This document shows positions 29,592 to 39,117 of a stretch of 40,193 nt of DNA, in pieces; position 1 is the stretch's first letter; each line of letters begins with the position of its first letter. Both the position numbers and the translations under genes were made by a program. Below the pieces are notes generated by a model. That model ran no database searches. It saw only the letters and a program-made list of their open reading frames with translations, and had not been told where the DNA came from. The stretch is from Candidatus Zixiibacteriota bacterium (GTDB lineage: Bacteria; Zixibacteria; MSB-5A5; CAIYYT01): positions 1-40,193 of the forward strand of contig JBECKX010000023.1 in assembly GCA_040235515.1 (NCBI GenBank), written 5' to 3'.

Positions 29592-30734
29592 ATGAGATAC
29601 AACGTTTCTGAAAAACAGCAACCGATCCGCGACAAACTCAAAGAGATCGGTCCAAAGCTTGAGCCGCTGGGCAAGCAGTGGGATGAGAAGGGTGACGTGT
29701 TCGCCCGTGACATGTTCAATATCCTGGCCAAAGAAGGATTCTGCGGCTTTGTGATGCCGAAGGAACTCGGCGGCGGCGGGCATTCCTCGCTCGAATATGC
29801 GACCCTGATCGAAGAGATCGCTTACTGGGATGCTCCCTCATCGCTGTTGGCGGCGGTAGGGCAGCTTGCCTGTGATCCGATTATCAAGCATGCCTCTGAG
29901 GAACAGAAGAAGAAATGGATACCGGACGCTGCGGTTGGCAAGACCGTGCCGGCATTCGCGTTGACTGAGCCGAACGCCGGCTCAGACGCAGCCAATCAAT
30001 CGACGACCGCCACAGTCGAAGGCGACAATTTCGTCATCAATGGCGAGAAGATCTTCATTATGCACGGCGATGTGTGCGATTTTGCGGTGACGTTTTGTAA
30101 GATCGTCGGCGATGGTGACCGTGACAAAGTCTCGGCGATTATCGTTCCGGGCGATACGCCGGGCCTCAAGAAGGCAGCTCTTCAGAAGAAGATGGGTATG
30201 CGCTATGCCACCACCGGCAGGCTCTGGTATGAGAACGTGAAAGTGCCAACCTCGAACCTCCTCGGTGAGCCGGGTAAAGGATTCCGTTACGCCATGCAGA
30301 CGCTGGATGGCGCCCGAATCGGTATCGCCGCGCAGTCGACCGGTATCGCACAGCGGGCACTTGATGAAGCGATCAAGTATTCGAAGCAGCGAATCGCATT
30401 TGGCGCCCCGATTGCCAAGCTGCAGGCGATTCAATGGATGATCGCCGACATGGCGACTCAGGTTGAAGCCGCAAGATTGCTTACTTACAAGGCCGCGCAG
30501 CTACAGGATGCCGGAGAGAAATTCGGCAAGGAAGCCGCCCAGGCCAAGCTGTTCGCTTCCGAAGCGGCAAACTTCTGTGTCCAGAAGACGATGCAGATTC
30601 ATGGCGGCTATGGCTACATCGGCGAATTCTCGACGATTGAGAAGCTCTACCGTGACCAGCGCGTCACCGAGATTTACGAGGGTACCTCCGAGGTACAGCG
30701 CCTCGTAATTGCAAATAACTACCTGCGTGGGTAG
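29592..30734 (+). CDS. Acyl-CoA dehydrogenase (short/branched-chain type)
   Basis: FALTEPNAGSD, NGEKIFI, RIGIAAQ, QIHGGYGY, IYEGTSEVQR. Start ATG 29592 after AGGAG. Confidence 0.93.
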   Translation: MRYNVSEKQQPIRDKLKEIGPKLEPLGKQWDEKGDVFARDMFNILAKEGFCGFVMPKELGGGGHSSLEYATLIEEIAYWDAPSSLLAAVGQLACDPIIKHASEEQKKKWIPDAAVGKTVPAFALTEPNAGSDAANQSTTATVEGDNFVINGEKIFIMHGDVCDFAVTFCKIVGDGDRDKVSAIIVPGDTPGLKKAALQKKMGMRYATTGRLWYENVKVPTSNLLGEPGKGFRYAMQTLDGARIGIAAQSTGIAQRALDEAIKYSKQRIAFGAPIAKLQAIQWMIADMATQVEAARLLTYKAAQLQDAGEKFGKEAAQAKLFASEAANFCVQKTMQIHGGYGYIGEFSTIEKLYRDQRVTEIYEGTSEVQRLVIANNYLRG

Positions 30735-31028
30735 GAGCAGCCACCGCGGGATACCGCCGGCGGCAGCTTGAAGCGGTAAAACACTGGTAAGACACTAAAG
30801 AGCTGCCATTGCGTGAATTCATTGCGAAGGTTGCCCGCGACGAAGATCGTGCGGTCGTATTGCAGCTTTCAACTGCGGTTCTTCAAACTGCATTTGAAGT
30901 GTGATCCAGCCACATGACTTCGTCGCGTCCGCAATGGCCGACTTGATCAGGGGGAACTTGCAAAAATCTCGATAATTTCCGTATTCAGCTACAGGAACGC
31001 AAGATGCTGCGCCCCTGCGAGGAACCAA

Positions 31029-31871
31029 ATGCTCCACCTGGGTAGTTTCAAAATCCACTGCATAGTCGAGAACCGGTTTCATCTCGATGCCGGCGTTATG
31101 TTCGGCGTTGTCCCGAAAAAAATCTGGGGGAAATATGTCGACACCGACGACGACAATCTGATCCCGTTCGATACAAATGTCTTTCTGGTTCAAACGGGCG
31201 AGCACAACATCCTGATCGATTCGGGGCTCGGCGATTTCATGGAAGAGAAGCAGCGTAAGCTGTATGGCTGCGAGCAACCATCCCGGCTGCTCGCTGGTCT
31301 GAGTAGCCTGAACCTGGCGCCTGATGATATCGATATCATACTGCTCTCGCACCTCCACTGGGATCATGTGGGAGGTACCATTAAAGCTGATGCGATGGGC
31401 AATCCGACAGTAGTCTTTGAACGCGCAACTCACTATATTCAGGCAGACGAGTGGGAGGATGCAAACAATCCCGACGAGCGCACCTCGGGTGTCTATTTTC
31501 CCCAACGGCTCAAGGCGATCGAGCAGGCCGGCTTACTCGAGTTGGTGAAACATGATCGGGAGATCGTTCCGGGCGTCAGGGTCGTTACGATCGGTGGTCA
31601 TACGCGCGGACAGATGGGGATCGAAATCGAGAGTGCCGGGCAGAAATTGATTTATTACGCCGATGCGTTTCCGAGCTGTCATCACCTGCGCGTACCCTAT
31701 GTGCCCGCAACTGATCTTTTCCCGCTCGACACACAGAGGCTGAAGCGCAAGATCGTGCCACAGGCCGCGGAAGAGGGTTGGCTGATCGCGATGGATCATG
31801 ACCTCGAGCACAAAGTTGCACGCATCAAGAGCGATGGTTTGAAGTACCGTTGCGAAAAAGTTGAGATTTGA
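31029..31871 (+). CDS. Metallo-beta-lactamase-fold hydrolase (YtnP-like)
   Basis: LDAGVMFGVVPK, HLHWDH, GHT motifs. Confidence 0.9.
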   Translation: MLHLGSFKIHCIVENRFHLDAGVMFGVVPKKIWGKYVDTDDDNLIPFDTNVFLVQTGEHNILIDSGLGDFMEEKQRKLYGCEQPSRLLAGLSSLNLAPDDIDIILLSHLHWDHVGGTIKADAMGNPTVVFERATHYIQADEWEDANNPDERTSGVYFPQRLKAIEQAGLLELVKHDREIVPGVRVVTIGGHTRGQMGIEIESAGQKLIYYADAFPSCHHLRVPYVPATDLFPLDTQRLKRKIVPQAAEEGWLIAMDHDLEHKVARIKSDGLKYRCEKVEI

Positions 31872-31882
31872 ACTGAGGGACA

Positions 31883-33439
31883 GTGACGATGTCGATCGAA
31901 GAGAAACTTAATATTCTCCGTAAGAAACAGGAAGAAGCGAAGCAGGGCGGCGGGCCAAAGAAGATTGAAGCGCAGCACAAGAAGGGCAAGCTCACCGCGC
32001 GGGAGCGACTCGATCTACTGCTCGATCCCGGTTCTTTCGAGGAATTCGACATGTTCGTTTCGCATCGCTCTACCGACTTCGGCCTGGACAAAATGAAGAT
32101 CCCCGGAGATGGGGTGGTGACCGGCTGCGGCTTGATCGATAACCGCATAGTATTCGTCTTCAGCCAGGACTTTACCGTCTTCGGCGGTTCTCTCTCCGAG
32201 GCGCACGCCGAGAAGATCTGCAAGATCATGAATATGGCGATGAAGGTCGGCGCTCCGGTGATCGGCCTGAATGATTCAGGCGGTGCGCGCATCCAGGAGG
32301 GAGTAGTTTCTCTCGGGGGATATGCCGATATCTTTCTGCTGAATACCCTCGCCTCTGGAGTTGTACCGCAGATTTCAGCGGTGCTGGGTCCGTGCGCGGG
32401 AGGAGCGGTTTACTCGCCGGCTATCACGGACTTCATTTTCATGGTACGCAAGTCCTCCTACATGTTCGTGACCGGCCCGAACGTAGTGAAGACCGTGACG
32501 CATGAAGATGTCACGATGGAGGAGTTGGGCGGCGCGGACACACACGCATCGAAGTCGGGGGTAGCGCACTTCGCATACGATTCGGAGGCGGAGGTTATCC
32601 TGAACATTCGCAAGCTCGTGTCATTCATTCCGCAGAACAACCTCGACGAAGCTCCGCTGCTCGAAACGAACGACCCCGCGGACCGGACGGAACAAAAACT
32701 GAACCACCTCGTACCCGACAACCCGAACAAACCGTATGACATCATCGAGGCGATCAGGCTGATCGTTGACAACGGTGAGTACTTCGAAGTGCACGCCGAC
32801 TACGCGATGAACATCACCGTTGGCTTTGCCCGTCTCGGCGGGAGGTCGGTCGGGATTATCGGCAACCAACCGGCGCACCTGGCGGGAGTGCTGGACGTTG
32901 ACTCCTCACTCAAGGGTGCGCGCTTCATTCGTTTCTGTGACGCCTTCAATATCCCGTTGGTGACGTTCGAGGATGTACCCGGCTTCCTCCCCGGAATCGC
33001 ACAGGAGCATGGCGGGATTATTAAACATGGCGCGAAGCTGCTTTACGCTTACTGTGAAGCTACTGTACCGAAGATCACGGTGATTACCCGCAAAGCGTAT
33101 GGTGGCGCCTACGACGTGATGAACTCCAAGCACGTGCGCGGCGACATGAACTACGCCTGGCCCACTGCGGAGATTGCGGTAATGGGGCCGAAGGGCGCCG
33201 TGGAGATAATTTTCCGCAAGGAGATCGAGGCCGCGGATGATCCGCAGAAGATGCTCGATGAGAAGATTGCCGAGTATACCGAGATGTTTGCGAATCCATA
33301 TAAAGCTGCCGAGCGCGGGTACATCGATGACATAATCGAGCCGGCACAAACTCGACCACGGCTGATACGTGCGCTGGGCATGCTGACTACCAAGCGTGAT
33401 TCCAACCCGGCCAAGAAGCATGGGAATATACCGCTGTAA
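31883..33439 (+). CDS. pccB: Acyl-CoA carboxylase carboxyltransferase (PccB/MmdA-like) subunit
   Basis: [50 protein letters not shown]. Confidence 0.9.
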   Translation: MTMSIEEKLNILRKKQEEAKQGGGPKKIEAQHKKGKLTARERLDLLLDPGSFEEFDMFVSHRSTDFGLDKMKIPGDGVVTGCGLIDNRIVFVFSQDFTVFGGSLSEAHAEKICKIMNMAMKVGAPVIGLNDSGGARIQEGVVSLGGYADIFLLNTLASGVVPQISAVLGPCAGGAVYSPAITDFIFMVRKSSYMFVTGPNVVKTVTHEDVTMEELGGADTHASKSGVAHFAYDSEAEVILNIRKLVSFIPQNNLDEAPLLETNDPADRTEQKLNHLVPDNPNKPYDIIEAIRLIVDNGEYFEVHADYAMNITVGFARLGGRSVGIIGNQPAHLAGVLDVDSSLKGARFIRFCDAFNIPLVTFEDVPGFLPGIAQEHGGIIKHGAKLLYAYCEATVPKITVITRKAYGGAYDVMNSKHVRGDMNYAWPTAEIAVMGPKGAVEIIFRKEIEAADDPQKMLDEKIAEYTEMFANPYKAAERGYIDDIIEPAQTRPRLIRALGMLTTKRDSNPAKKHGNIPL

Positions 33440-33497
33440 GGGTTGCCGGCCTTCACAGGGCTATCAAATCGCCCTTATTCCCCCAATTCACAATTTC

Positions 33498-33525
33498 TTG
33501 CGCAGCGACCACAATTTGTTATCAT
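33498..33525 (+). promoter_or_regulatory. Putative extended -10 promoter
   Basis: TTGCGC, 16-bp spacer, TG-n-TATCAT; overlapped by the direct repeat CACAATTT at 33489 and 33510. Confidence 0.4.
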
Positions 33526-33562
33526 CGCCACGTATAAATTGAGTTCTTGAAAGGAGTTATCG

Positions 33563-34219
33563 ATGACACGGAAATTGTCCAGAGATCATCTGTTCGTACG
33601 TGGTTTTGTGATGAGCGCGCTGCTCGCGCTCTCGTTGTTCCTGCTTGCTTCATGTTCCTCTTCCTCCGATGAGGGTTCAACTGAGGAATCAACCGGTCAA
33701 TCATCGGGCAGTAACCAGATGGAAGCCGTCCACTCGATGGGGACACACGGCAACCATGCCATCGCCGGTATCAGCTGGTCGATTCCGGACGGCTGGGTCA
33801 CCGCCGGGGAGCGCCCGATGCGAGTGGAGACTTACTTCATCGATACAGTTGACACCAAGGCTGAATGCGCTGTCTACTACTTCGGCCCGGAACAGGGTGG
33901 GGCGGTGAGCGCCAATATCAACCGCTGGATCAACCAGATGGAGATGGCTGACGGTTCGAGCGCCGAGGATGCCGCCATGCGTGGCACCATCGAGTCTGAC
34001 TGTTGCGAAATTTCGACCGTCGAGGTCGCCGGCACCTACAACTTTTCCGCCGGTCCGATGATGAAGACTCAGGAACAGCGCCCAGACTATCTGCTGCTCG
34101 GCGCCGTGGTGAACGCGCCGGAAGGAAGCGTGTTCTTCAAGTTGACCGGCCCGAAAGCTGAGTCGCAGCGCTTCAAGATGCAGTTTGAGCAGATGCTCAA
34201 ATCGATTAAGAAGTCTTAG
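33563..34219 (+). CDS. Hypothetical lipoprotein
   Basis: AAGGAG SD; signal peptide with lipobox LASC; Ser-rich tether; GGAVSANINRW and FFKLTGP motifs. Confidence 0.8.
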   Translation: MTRKLSRDHLFVRGFVMSALLALSLFLLASCSSSSDEGSTEESTGQSSGSNQMEAVHSMGTHGNHAIAGISWSIPDGWVTAGERPMRVETYFIDTVDTKAECAVYYFGPEQGGAVSANINRWINQMEMADGSSAEDAAMRGTIESDCCEISTVEVAGTYNFSAGPMMKTQEQRPDYLLLGAVVNAPEGSVFFKLTGPKAESQRFKMQFEQMLKSIKKS

Positions 34220-34292
34220 CGACATATCATGGGCATCCGCCGCTTGCATTGAGCGGAGCGGTGCCGGACAATGTGACGAAACCTGGAAACTT

Positions 34293-34337
34293 GCGGTGCG
34301 CGGTGGCAATCAAGCGACCGCGCACCGCTTCTTGTTT
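34293..34337 (+). terminator. Strong GC hairpin, terminator-like
   Basis: Perfect 12-bp stem GCGGTGCGCGGT/ACCGCGCACCGC followed by TTCTTGTTT. Confidence 0.5.
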
Positions 34338-34358
34338 GTAACGAACCGAAGTTAACCG

Positions 34359-34856
34359 GTGAAGGAAGTTGTGTCGGAAGATATCCGCAAGACGGTACGT
34401 ATCGTGCTCATCAACCACCGGATGGAAGTCCTCCTGGTGCGGTACGTCAACACCGAGCCGCTTGATCCTGCCAGGCCGGAACTGCTCAAGTACTGGGTTC
34501 CCCCCGGTGGTGGTATCGAGGCGGGCGAGTCGGCCGAGCGTGCGCTCGAACGCGAATTGCGCGAGGAGTTGACGATCGAGGAATTCGAAATCGATCGCGT
34601 CATCTGGACGCGCCAGCTCGACCTGATGCTGAATGGGAAGCTGCGACATATCGATGAAACCTACTACGTCGGTTCCTACAATGGCAAAGCTATGTTGAGC
34701 GTTGATGCCTTGCGCGAAGGCATAGTCGATGTGAGGTGGTGGGGGATAACCAAGCTCCGCACAACTACGGAGAAGATGCTACCGCCCGGACTGCCTGACC
34801 TGTTAGCGCCGATCCTCGATCGAAAACTACCCCCCAAACCGATTGAGATAGAGTGA
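34359..34856 (+). CDS. NUDIX hydrolase
   Basis: Nudix box GGGIEAGESAERALERELREEL. Confidence 0.88.
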   Translation: MKEVVSEDIRKTVRIVLINHRMEVLLVRYVNTEPLDPARPELLKYWVPPGGGIEAGESAERALERELREELTIEEFEIDRVIWTRQLDLMLNGKLRHIDETYYVGSYNGKAMLSVDALREGIVDVRWWGITKLRTTTEKMLPPGLPDLLAPILDRKLPPKPIEIE

Positions 34857-34908
34857 ATCCGGGCGCAACGCCTTTGGAGTGCTGCTACGGTTGGATGATG
34901 GCTGAGAG

Positions 34909-35901
34909 CTATCTCAGCCCGGCGATCTTTTCCGTAAGCGCCTCGTAAGTCTTAGGATCATTGGCCGGGTAGTCAGCTTTCTCATAATTGCCCTGCGCGG
35001 CCAGATAGTATTCCAGCGCCTTGGAATGATTGTCTCCATTAAGCGCGATATCCCCCAGTTCTTCCTGTGCAGCTCCCGTGGCGGCGGGATTGCCGATCCG
35101 CTCGGCCCACGCCAGACAGGGGCGCAGCCAGCTTTCTGCCTGCTCATACTTGCCTGCAAGTTTGAGCGCATGACCGAGCGCCCAATCCGCCCAATACTTG
35201 TTCATCTCATTGCCGAATCGCCAATGATACACGCGAGCGTTCGTGAAGGCTTCGACTGCGTCATCAAAGCGTTTCATTTCAATATAGGACCAGCCGAGGT
35301 TATTCCAGATCGGGCCCAGCGAGCGTTCCTGGTTGCCCTCCTCTGCGGCCGCGATGCCTTTGAGCGCCCACTCCTCCTGGCGCTCCCGCGGCGCAACGAT
35401 CGCCGCCATGAGCGCTGCATCGATCTTGTGTTTGGCAAGTTTGTTGGCGGTTGCGAACTCGTACATTTCTGAGAAGATCGGCACCGCCGCCTCTGAGCGC
35501 CCATTGCGCCATTCCCAGCGCCCTTTGACGCCAAGATAGCGGGCCCAGCCGGAAGGGTAATCGGCGGAAGCAATCTCCGTTGTTTTGTCGAGCCACGCTT
35601 TCGCGGAATCGAATCTGTCCTGAGTCAGGTTGCAGCGCGCACGCTGCGCTGTCGCCTCGATCTCAACCGATAGGTTGCCGGCATCATGCGCACTCAGTCG
35701 AGCCTGCTCGTAGAGTTCTTCCGCTTTTGCATAGTCATAGGAGTTGAAAGCATTGTCCGCCTGTGTCAGCAGAAACTCAGGTGTTTCAGGAACGTCGGCC
35801 ATCAGTTGGCTCCCCGGGTTAAAGAGTGCGATTGCGGCGGCTGCGAAGGCCACAAACGCCGCGCCGAGTCTTGCGAATTGTCTGAATGCTATCTGCAACA
35901 T
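34909..35901 (-). CDS. Exported tetratricopeptide-repeat protein
   Basis: Hydrophobic N-terminus; TPR-like helices (WNNLGWSY, ALGHAL, EELGDI). Start moved to about 35901, next to GGAGG. Confidence 0.78.
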   Translation of the reverse strand: MLQIAFRQFARLGAAFVAFAAAAIALFNPGSQLMADVPETPEFLLTQADNAFNSYDYAKAEELYEQARLSAHDAGNLSVEIEATAQRARCNLTQDRFDSAKAWLDKTTEIASADYPSGWARYLGVKGRWEWRNGRSEAAVPIFSEMYEFATANKLAKHKIDAALMAAIVAPRERQEEWALKGIAAAEEGNQERSLGPIWNNLGWSYIEMKRFDDAVEAFTNARVYHWRFGNEMNKYWADWALGHALKLAGKYEQAESWLRPCLAWAERIGNPAATGAAQEELGDIALNGDNHSKALEYYLAAQGNYEKADYPANDPKTYEALTEKIAGLR

Positions 35902-35953
35902 TGCCTCCGTTATTGTGGAGTTGCGTGGTCTTAAACTTAGCGCGGAATCGATC

Positions 35954-36850
35954 TCAGTGCAAGAATAAGATTGCCACACCCGCGACTGTAACGATAGTGC
36001 CCAGAAATGCCCGCAGGCTTGGTCGTTCAGCGTGAATCAGCATCACCAGGGGGATCACCCAGAGTGGAGTGGTGGACATCAGTGTTGCGGCAATTCCGAT
36101 TTCAGTATAGCGGATGGATAGCAGCGACATCCATACTCCAAACACCGGGCCTACCGTAGCGGCTGCGAGCATTGCCATGAGTGCCTTGCGATCGGCAATC
36201 GCCGTGCGAACGCGGTGGACCCGGCCGGTAAAGATGACGACGAGCCACACCATCACCGCAGCGCTTACCATCCTGATCATCGTGCCGCTGAGTGAACTGA
36301 TGTTCTCTCCCAGTCCGATCTTGGCTGTAACCAACCCGGCCGCCTGACCGCAGGCGCCGATCGCGGCCAGTAGGTAACCCCACAGCTTCGAGCCCTCCCG
36401 AGCGCCAAATGTCTGCGCGTTTCGCTCCAGGGTTACCCAGGCCAGGCCGCAGAGCGTGATGCCAATGCCGACGAGGTCGAGCCAGCCGAGGCTTTCACCC
36501 AGCCACACCCAGGAGATAACGACGGCAAATATCGGCGTAGAGGCGGCGAGGAGTGACCCGATGCGGGGCCCCAGGATTACGAGCGACTGGAAATAGCACC
36601 AGTCGCCGATCACGAGTCCGAGCAGCGCACTGATGACCAGATACAATACCTGATCAGTTGTAGCGGAGGGAGGAATCAGTTCGCCTTGCAGCAGCAGGCA
36701 GAGGACAACCAGTATTGTGGCCGCTATCGGTATCCGGATAACATTGACGGAAAACGCACCCACCCGCCTGCCTGCAAAGCTGAAGAGCAGACTGCCGAAT
36801 GCCCAGCAGATAGCGGTAACTAATGCAAATGTCTCTCCCAGGAACGGCAT
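35954..36850 (-). CDS. DMT/EamA-family transporter
   Basis: About 10 hydrophobic helices in two EamA repeats (GESLGW, ERPSLR). Confidence 0.9.
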   Translation of the reverse strand: MPFLGETFALVTAICWAFGSLLFSFAGRRVGAFSVNVIRIPIAATILVVLCLLLQGELIPPSATTDQVLYLVISALLGLVIGDWCYFQSLVILGPRIGSLLAASTPIFAVVISWVWLGESLGWLDLVGIGITLCGLAWVTLERNAQTFGAREGSKLWGYLLAAIGACGQAAGLVTAKIGLGENISSLSGTMIRMVSAAVMVWLVVIFTGRVHRVRTAIADRKALMAMLAAATVGPVFGVWMSLLSIRYTEIGIAATLMSTTPLWVIPLVMLIHAERPSLRAFLGTIVTVAGVAILFLH

Positions 36851-37064
36851 CCTGATCCTCTCCGTCGACTAAAAAGCGCAATCTAAGGATTTTCACTGCT
36901 GCCCTGCAACAGCGGGGGAGGCAAAATTATCTCAAATAATCCGCGGGTGGAGAATGCGTATTAATAGCAGACATCACGGATCAACGTTCTCGGAAATCAG
37001 AATAGCAGACTCAAACCCGCGCTTCATGGAAGCGAAGGAACCGTATTCGGTAAGGAGGGGAGTA

Positions 37065-37505
37065 ATGGATGCACGTACGATTCTGGAAGAGAAGGGCAGG
37101 AAGGTCGTTACCGTCTCTCCGACGGCCACAATCCGGGAAGCTATGTCACGATTGATCAAGAACGCCATCGGTTCTCTGGTTGTCGTGGATGACCGGCACA
37201 ACATTGAGGGAATAATCACCGAGCGTGATATTTTCCGCCTGACGTTTGAAAATGATGGCAAGGTGATGGAGATCCCGGTTGGGACTGTGATGACGCGCGA
37301 TCTGATCATCGCGGTACCGGAAGATCCGATCGACTATTTGCGCGATCTGATCACAACGAATCGTATCCGGCACCTGCCGGTCGTGGAGAACAACAAACTG
37401 GTGGGCTTGATTTCCATCGGTGATGTGTTGCGGGTCGAGACCAGGCAACGCGCCGTTGAGAATCGTTACCTGAAAGAGTATATCGCCGGCGGATATCCCG
37501 GCTAG
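37065..37505 (+). CDS. CBS-domain protein
   Basis: GIITERD, RIRHLPVV, GLISIGD; AAGGAGG SD before ATG 37065. Confidence 0.9.
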   Translation: MDARTILEEKGRKVVTVSPTATIREAMSRLIKNAIGSLVVVDDRHNIEGIITERDIFRLTFENDGKVMEIPVGTVMTRDLIIAVPEDPIDYLRDLITTNRIRHLPVVENNKLVGLISIGDVLRVETRQRAVENRYLKEYIAGGYPG

Positions 37506-37526
37506 AAGCGCGACGTCGGAGCTGCA

Positions 37527-37574
37527 ATTCAACTCGACGATGCAACTTTACGATTCAACCTCGACGATGCAACT
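37527..37574 (+). repeat. Two-copy direct repeat
   Basis: ATTCAACTCGACGATGCAACT (37527-37547) and ATTCAACCTCGACGATGCAACT (37553-37574). Confidence 0.8.
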
Positions 37575-37679
37575 CCGCGACGAAACCGAAAAAGCTCTGG
37601 CATCACGCCACTAAATTTGCGACAATTGCGATTAAACCAATCGTAACTTTGAACAAGCAACCAGTGTTACTTTGATTTC

Positions 37680-38933
37680 ATGAAGTTTAATCGCGAGAAG
37701 TTCATCCTTTGGGGCCTGCTGATCGGAATGGTCCTCGGGGGTGTGGTGGGCATCTATGCGGGGGATGCCGCCGCCTCATTCGGCTTTCTCGGCACGCTAT
37801 TCCTCAATGCGCTCAAGCTGATTATTGTGCCGTTGATCGTTGCCTCGATGATCAGCGGCGTCACGTCACTCGGCGACGTTCGCAAGCTTGGCAAGCTGGG
37901 TGCAACGGCAGTTGTCTACTACCTTGTCACCACCGCGATCGCGGTCACGATCGGAATCATCGTCGTCAACATAATCCAACCGGGAGTGGGGGGAGCGATC
38001 GATTCCACCGCCCTGGCTCCTGAAGCCGCCGAATACTCGATCCTGGATGTCATCCTCGGGATGTTCCCGCCGAACATCATCGATGCCGCGGCGCGCACGG
38101 ATGTTATGCCGCTGATAGTCTTCTCCCTCGTGTTCGGCGCTGTGCTGACAACACTGGGGAAACGTGCTGCGCCGGTAATTCACCTCTTTGATGTGGTGAA
38201 CGAGGTGATCTTGAAGATAGTCGGCTACATCATGCTCTTCGCGCCGTTCGGTGTCTTCGGATTGATTGCGGGCAAACTGGGGGATGTCGGCTGGGACGCT
38301 TTCCAGGTGGAATTGCTCAAGACCGCCGAGTATTCGGTGACTGTGCTTGCCGGGCTGGCGCTTCATGGTGTGATCGCGTTGCCGTTGCTGCTCTATTTCC
38401 TGGCGCGCAGAGTACCATTGAGATATCTGGGCAACACAGCCGAAGCGATCGTGACGGCGTTTTCGACGGCATCTTCAAGCGCAACCCTTCCCGTAACAAT
38501 GGAGGCAGTGGAGAAGAATGCCCGCATCTCAAACAAGGTGGGAGGATTCGTGCTGCCGCTGGGTGCGACGATTAACATGGATGGCACAGCCCTCTACGAG
38601 GCAGTCGCCGCAATCTTCATCGCACAGCTCTATGGCGTCGATCTCACGATCGGTACTCAAGTCGTGATCTTTCTGACTGCAATCCTGGCCTCGGTTGGGG
38701 CTGCGGGTATTCCGCAGGCAGGGCTGGTGACGATGGTCATGGTGCTCAATGCCGCCGGTCTGCCGACTGAGGGCATTGGCAGTATCCTGGCGGTTGACTG
38801 GTTCCTTGACCGCTTCCGCACCGCGACCAACGTCTGGGGAGATGTAATCGCCTGTGCCGTGATCGAGAAACGGCTGGGCGCCGAAGCGCTCGACGCGCTT
38901 CCCTCGGCGATTGCCGCCAACCCGCCCGAATAG
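37680..38933 (+). CDS. Dicarboxylate/amino acid:cation symporter (GltP/DctA family)
   Basis: STASSSATLP, GATINMDGT, GAAGIP, DRFRT motifs. Confidence 0.94.
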   Translation: MKFNREKFILWGLLIGMVLGGVVGIYAGDAAASFGFLGTLFLNALKLIIVPLIVASMISGVTSLGDVRKLGKLGATAVVYYLVTTAIAVTIGIIVVNIIQPGVGGAIDSTALAPEAAEYSILDVILGMFPPNIIDAAARTDVMPLIVFSLVFGAVLTTLGKRAAPVIHLFDVVNEVILKIVGYIMLFAPFGVFGLIAGKLGDVGWDAFQVELLKTAEYSVTVLAGLALHGVIALPLLLYFLARRVPLRYLGNTAEAIVTAFSTASSSATLPVTMEAVEKNARISNKVGGFVLPLGATINMDGTALYEAVAAIFIAQLYGVDLTIGTQVVIFLTAILASVGAAGIPQAGLVTMVMVLNAAGLPTEGIGSILAVDWFLDRFRTATNVWGDVIACAVIEKRLGAEALDALPSAIAANPPE

Positions 38934-39117
38934 GGCTTGTCACGCCACCGCATTTCAACTATTCTCTTCTAACTAAAAAGCGTAATTACGGTGATCGGCT
39001 GATCTGCACCGGGAAAGTGGATTTGAGGCGCATGTCGGTCGATACCATTAAGATACGCCCGTATATTGCCGGTATTCATGGAGGGCCATGGCGGGCGAGC
39101 ACGTTGATGGAGGCGCG

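Noticed and set aside
30841..30912. Resemblance to tRNA-Sec (GAAGATCGT...CTTCAAA...TGTGATC..GCCA)
   Set aside because: No T-arm (GTTCRA), no long variable arm, and CTTCAAA is not presented as a properly closed anticodon loop.
37527..37574. Possible CRISPR array
   Set aside because: Only two copies with a 5-nt gap, no spacers and no cas genes.
38934..39117. T-box leader upstream of tyrS
   Set aside because: No GGTGGNACC T-box sequence and no terminator; only a CGCCCG/CGGGCG hairpin.
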